From an uncultured virus (IMG/VR IMGVR_UViG_3300032220_001634) (lineage: Duplodnaviria > Heunggongvirae > Uroviricota > Caudoviricetes): a DNA stretch of 20,000 bases. The first letter of the stretch is position 1. Every line of letters starts with the position of its first letter. Below, one piece after another: positions 16,880 through 20,000 of the stretch. The position numbers and the translations under genes are program-made. Location: the IMG/VR virus record IMGVR_UViG_3300032220_001634; one strand, 5' to 3'. Under the pieces are notes generated by a model, which was not told the DNA's origin, searched no databases, and was given only the letters and a program-made list of their open reading frames with translations.

Positions 16880-17194
16880 TTAACCCCTAAATTTATGGGG
16901 GTAAAGAAGTCTAAGCTCGTGACCTTGGGGGATATCCTTTTTACGGATTCCAAAGATTTTCTCCTCTGGACATGGAGATTCTCCATCTATCTTGAACCCG
17001 TTATTACAAGCCCACGTCTCAATAGAACGTGTGTAGCTTTGTCCAACGTTAAAAGGAAATCTAATCCCTGTCTGGTTGTCAATTCCCTTTATAGAGCCTC
17101 CTAGCAGCGTTAGAGTGATGGTTCTACCCTGTCTTGATGTGAGGACTGTGGTCTTTCCATTGGTGTAAGATTCGTAGAGCTCTAGGTTTTTCAT
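16880..17194 (-). CDS. Hypothetical protein with a capsid-targeting-like leader
   Basis: MKNLELYESY; GATATATA box upstream. Confidence 0.75.
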   Translation of the reverse strand: MKNLELYESYTNGKTTVLTSRQGRTITLTLLGGSIKGIDNQTGIRFPFNVGQSYTRSIETWACNNGFKIDGESPCPEEKIFGIRKKDIPQGHELRLLYPHKFRG

Positions 17195-17202
17195 AGTGAT
17201 AT

Positions 17203-17210
17203 TATATATC
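17203..17210 (-). promoter_or_regulatory. GATATATA box
   Basis: 8 nt upstream of ATG 17194. Confidence 0.75.
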
Positions 17211-17263
17211 TTATATGAGGGAGAAAAAAATTCCCTAATTTTTTTTTATCCGAAATGTGTTCT

Positions 17264-17271
17264 TATATTTG
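17264..17271 (+). promoter_or_regulatory. Bacteroidota sigma-A-type -7 element TATATTTG
   Basis: Exact TAnnTTTG, 24 nt upstream of ATG 17296. Confidence 0.65.
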
Positions 17272-17295
17272 CCCTCTAATCAAATAATTCATTTT

Positions 17296-17769
17296 ATGAA
17301 AAAAATCATTTTAATCCTATTAATCGCCTGCTCATTCCAGGCTTTTGCTCAGACCCCACAAGCAGTGGTTAAATCGGCATCCGAAGACCAGGAGTTGAAC
17401 ATCCCATCCACACCTTACGTGAATCACAAGCCGCTTGAGTGTCAACTCATGAAGATGATAGTTCTAGGTAATGACTCATCCGTCATGGAGATCTGCAAAA
17501 CCAGAGGCTTCTCCTCGTTCATAATTTCTAATGGAGAACACTTTGTCACTGCTACAACGGAAAGCGAGATTATAAAGTACTATAATAAATTCAAATCTCT
17601 AATCCCTCGTTCGATATCTGCAGTTCCAACCGGAGTGAAAGAGGAATACCTCTTTAATGATCTATCTCGTTACGAGATCTGGGACTATGTAAATAAAGAG
17701 AATAGAAAATCAACACTGGTGGTTACATTCACTAATGGTCAGATCACAAACATCATGATCACCATTTAA
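17296..17769 (+). CDS. Secreted/periplasmic hypothetical protein
   Basis: Sec signal peptide MKKIILILLIACSFQAFA|Q; start moved to ATG 17296. Confidence 0.75.
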   Translation: MKKIILILLIACSFQAFAQTPQAVVKSASEDQELNIPSTPYVNHKPLECQLMKMIVLGNDSSVMEICKTRGFSSFIISNGEHFVTATTESEIIKYYNKFKSLIPRSISAVPTGVKEEYLFNDLSRYEIWDYVNKENRKSTLVVTFTNGQITNIMITI

Positions 17770-17785
17770 TAACCCGATAAAACTT

Positions 17786-17816
17786 AAAAGGTCCAGAAAA
17801 TCTCTGGACCTTTTTT
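17786..17816. terminator. Bidirectional intrinsic terminator
   Basis: AAAAGGTCCAGA-aaatc-TCTGGACCTTTTTT, between convergent genes. Confidence 0.9.
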
Positions 17817-17839
17817 ATGTGTTTGAATTTATTATATTC

Positions 17840-18436
17840 TTATGCAATTCCTGCTCTAACGGCTTTAAAAATCTGATCAACCTCTATACCGTCCATATTA
17901 GCAAGTCTACCCATAGAGGCTTTAGCAGCAGCTTCTGTAGGGGTATTCACTATTCCACTGACGAAGCTTTTGAATCTAGAGTTCTTAACAATCAGTGTCT
18001 TAGTTGTGTTGTTCTTAGCCACCATTAGAATTGATTTAACCAAAGACTCCATAAACTTAAGATCAATTCCTTGACCTTGACTTGGTTTGAATGTAGAGTA
18101 GATGGTTAAAAGAATCTCATAAGCCTTAGACTGGCAATCTGAGGGGGTTTTAGCTATAGCCTCCTCTTTTGCTGGTGCCGCTCTATTTGAAAGATTCTGT
18201 CCACCGATAGAAACATCACCATTCTCAGTGGTGTCATCATCGAAAGTCACATACGAACGTTCTGTTCTTGTATTCACGCTAAACCTCAACGAGCTTGGAT
18301 CAACGATGATATATGGAACGCCTTGTTTTATTGTTCCACCCTCGGTCATTATCATAATGCCACCTTCTGCTGGCATTTCAGTCTCGTTAACAACTCCTTC
18401 GTTGACGAATTTGCTAAAATCTAAAAGTCTTTTCAT
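17840..18436 (-). CDS. Hypothetical protein with a capsid-targeting-like leader
   Basis: MKRLLDFSKFVNE|GVVNE|T; ATG 18436 preferred (alternative 18457). Confidence 0.78.
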   Translation of the reverse strand: MKRLLDFSKFVNEGVVNETEMPAEGGIMIMTEGGTIKQGVPYIIVDPSSLRFSVNTRTERSYVTFDDDTTENGDVSIGGQNLSNRAAPAKEEAIAKTPSDCQSKAYEILLTIYSTFKPSQGQGIDLKFMESLVKSILMVAKNNTTKTLIVKNSRFKSFVSGIVNTPTEAAAKASMGRLANMDGIEVDQIFKAVRAGIA

Positions 18437-18458
18437 TGTCTTGTTTTTATTTGTCATC

Positions 18459-18466
18459 TATATATC
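18459..18466 (-). promoter_or_regulatory. GATATATA box
   Basis: 22 nt upstream of ATG 18436. Confidence 0.75.
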
Positions 18467-18482
18467 ATCAGAACTAAGGTAA

Positions 18483-19088
18483 TTAGATCAGTCCTTTAAT
18501 TTTTCGATAGTAGTTTAACAAAGCCAAGAAATCCTTGTCCCCACTGGCCTTGGCCTCGGGAGTGAGGAGTTTGAGCAGGGCTTTAAAATCTCGATAGCCA
18601 TCTAGGGCTTCCAATCTCCCAGAGGGATCCTCGAGCACCCAGCTCACCAAGAAATTGCCGTCTTGGGCATTGCCACTAAGATTGCTCATTAAGCTCTTGG
18701 CGTTAGTGAAGAGGGAGTCTAGGGTTTCCACCATATCATAGGGAGAGGTGTCGAAGGTCGAAAAGGATTCAAACTCCTCCTTGGAGCCCTTAGACTCGGC
18801 CACCCATAGAGGGGAGTCGTTAACGTAAAAATCCTCATCTACCCCTAAGATGTCTTCGGGATCGATGAAGTCCACATCCACCTCGTCGGATGGCATGTCA
18901 CCAACATCTAGACCCAGCTCTTCTTTTACCCTGTCCATGAATTGAAAGTAGTTCATTCCCGTTCCTAGATAGTACATGCATGTTGCGTCCCCGCTAGTAT
19001 TGGCACCCTCAACTTTAAGAATGAATCCGGTTCCGGATCCCTTGACAGACTCGTTCAACCTAAATCCTCTTAGATGTTTTAATTCCAT
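18483..19088 (-). CDS. Acidic hypothetical protein with a capsid-targeting-like leader
   Basis: MELKHLRGFRLNE|S; AATATATA box at 19106-19113 supports ATG 19088. Confidence 0.75.
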   Translation of the reverse strand: MELKHLRGFRLNESVKGSGTGFILKVEGANTSGDATCMYYLGTGMNYFQFMDRVKEELGLDVGDMPSDEVDVDFIDPEDILGVDEDFYVNDSPLWVAESKGSKEEFESFSTFDTSPYDMVETLDSLFTNAKSLMSNLSGNAQDGNFLVSWVLEDPSGRLEALDGYRDFKALLKLLTPEAKASGDKDFLALLNYYRKIKGLI

Positions 19089-19453
19089 GTTCTTTCTCTT
19101 TTCTCTATATATTCTTGTCTGCACTTCGATCTTCTTGCCCCTCTAAGAGGTAAGCGCGGTTTGGGTCCCCCAAGTTTTGGGCCTGCATCCCCGGGGGTCT
19201 AGTCCGGGGGTCTGGGAGTCCCCGGAGGGGGACATTTTGGGGCCAGATCTCCAGGAGGGCCCGGCCACAGGGGAGATGTCCATGCTGTCTATAATGACCA
19301 TGAGGCTAAGAACTAGACCAAGACCATCCAAGTCTAACCATGTGTACAAAGTCATAAGGGAAGTGCTACCGCTCTCTAATCTCAAACCCAATGAAAGGTC
19401 TAGAAGAACAAAGATGCACGCGTACGGAACAAATACGTGTCCCTCACACACAA

Positions 19454-19483
19454 GAATGGCTCCTATAAAGATAAGAGCCATTC
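19454..19483 (-). terminator. Hairpin downstream of the holin-like gene (probable terminator)
   Basis: GAATGGCTC-N12-GAGCCATTC inverted repeat; weak U tail. Confidence 0.5.
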
Positions 19484-19505
19484 AAGTTAATTCTAAATAG
19501 TCATA

Positions 19506-19820
19506 CTACACTGTCTTCTTAGCCTTCAAGAGGGCGAGTACACTCTGGACAATCTCCACAGAGTAAACACCATTGGCAACTAAACCAACACCAAGACCGT
19601 TTAACACAGTCCAAAGGACATCAGTCTCTGCGAAGAGACCTAGACCTTTCCACTGACCTACAAATGCTAGGGCAATGGCTACCGCCCAAGTCATAGCCTG
19701 AGCCTTCCAGCCGTCCAATTTGAGGAGGTGGGTTTTGAGCCACCCTGTAACTAGGGTCACCAAGCCAGCTAGAGCCAGAAGGGATCCGAAGTACGGAGCG
19801 AGATCAATTGTACCGTTCAT
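19506..19820 (-). CDS. Small multi-TM membrane protein, holin-like
   Basis: 104 aa from ATG 19820 with about three hydrophobic helices, a GLGVGLVANGVY motif and a basic C-terminus (KAKK). AATATATA box at 19898-19905. Confidence 0.55.
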   Translation of the reverse strand: MNGTIDLAPYFGSLLALAGLVTLVTGWLKTHLLKLDGWKAQAMTWAVAIALAFVGQWKGLGLFAETDVLWTVLNGLGVGLVANGVYSVEIVQSVLALLKAKKTV

Positions 19821-19919
19821 AGTAAAAGGTTTTTTTTCACAGTTCCCACACTTCACGTAATGGGTCTGCCGGACCAGCCCTGAGGGAGATCCACGCTTAT
19901 ATATTACAGCTAAAAATTT

Positions 19920-20000
19920 TTAGAGATATCTCTTGAGCTTGTGGTACTTGAGAAGAGCCTGAAGGTCTGGATCTGGGTTCTTAAGAAGCTCTGGGAGCAC
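19920..20000 (-). CDS. 3' end of a hypothetical gene, truncated by the window edge
   Basis: VLPELLKNPDPDLQALLKYHKLKRYL*; resembles the C-terminus of the 18483..19088 protein. Confidence 0.6.
   Translation of the reverse strand: MLPELLKNPDPDLQALLKYHKLKRYL

Noticed and set aside
3499..18482. Short plus-strand ORFs in the track (e.g. 3499, 4498, 4598, 5696, 5988, 7923, 8548, 8785, 11059, 11667, 12360, 13254, 13645, 14041, 15011, 16002, 16895, 17819, 18228)
   Set aside because: They lie antisense to well-supported minus-strand genes, have Ser/Phe/Leu-rich shadow composition, and have no promoter box or recognisable motif.
19143..19500. ORFs 19143..19481 (-) and 19177..19500 (+)
   Set aside because: Both start at TTG, overlap each other, and run through the stop-poor GC island and hairpin; no leader or promoter box. 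A short ORF from the ATG near 19289 cannot be fully excluded.
1..20000. Stop-codon recoding (TAG or TGA), as in some large Bacteroidota phages
   Set aside because: Code 11 gives intact, densely packed genes. TAG ends genes at 4754, 16203 and 19506 and TGA ends the gene at 9224, all at sensible boundaries.
1..20000. CRISPR array, tRNA/rRNA, integrase or transposase
   Set aside because: No regularly spaced repeats, cloverleaf with T-loop motif, or recombinase motifs seen by eye. The recurring GATATATA is a dispersed upstream motif, not an array.

Overview
A gene-dense, mostly AT-rich window in genetic code 11, most likely from a large T4-like or jumbo tailed phage of a Bacteroidota host. Host clues are TAnnTTTG -7 promoter boxes, no Shine-Dalgarno sites, and signal peptides cleaved before Gln. 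No capsid, terminase or polymerase gene lies in the window, so the phage call is an inference. Contents: the 3' end of a Dps/ferritin-like gene; a secreted CAP-like protein; a peptidoglycan-binding protein with a long amphipathic tail; a rhomboid protease; an Fe-S flavoprotein/FMN reductase; a HExxH metallopeptidase; a five-gene glycan operon (aminotransferase, N-acetyltransferase, glycosyltransferases, methyltransferase); a cupin; a DUF6321-like protein; an OmpA-like protein; a GT25-like transferase; a ferritin; a methyltransferase; a holin-like protein; and several hypotheticals. The main signal is that about 12 otherwise unrelated proteins share an N-terminal leader, roughly MKx[ILV]xx[FY]xx[FY]..[LIV]NE. 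It resembles the T4 internal-protein capsid targeting sequence and prohead-protease site. All these genes lie downstream of a GATATATA-type late-promoter-like box. This suggests a large packaged 'virion cargo' regulon that includes a ferritin and cell-wall-binding proteins. Three promoter classes appear to sort genes by function. A GC-rich, G-run-rich non-coding island lies at about 19140-19280.
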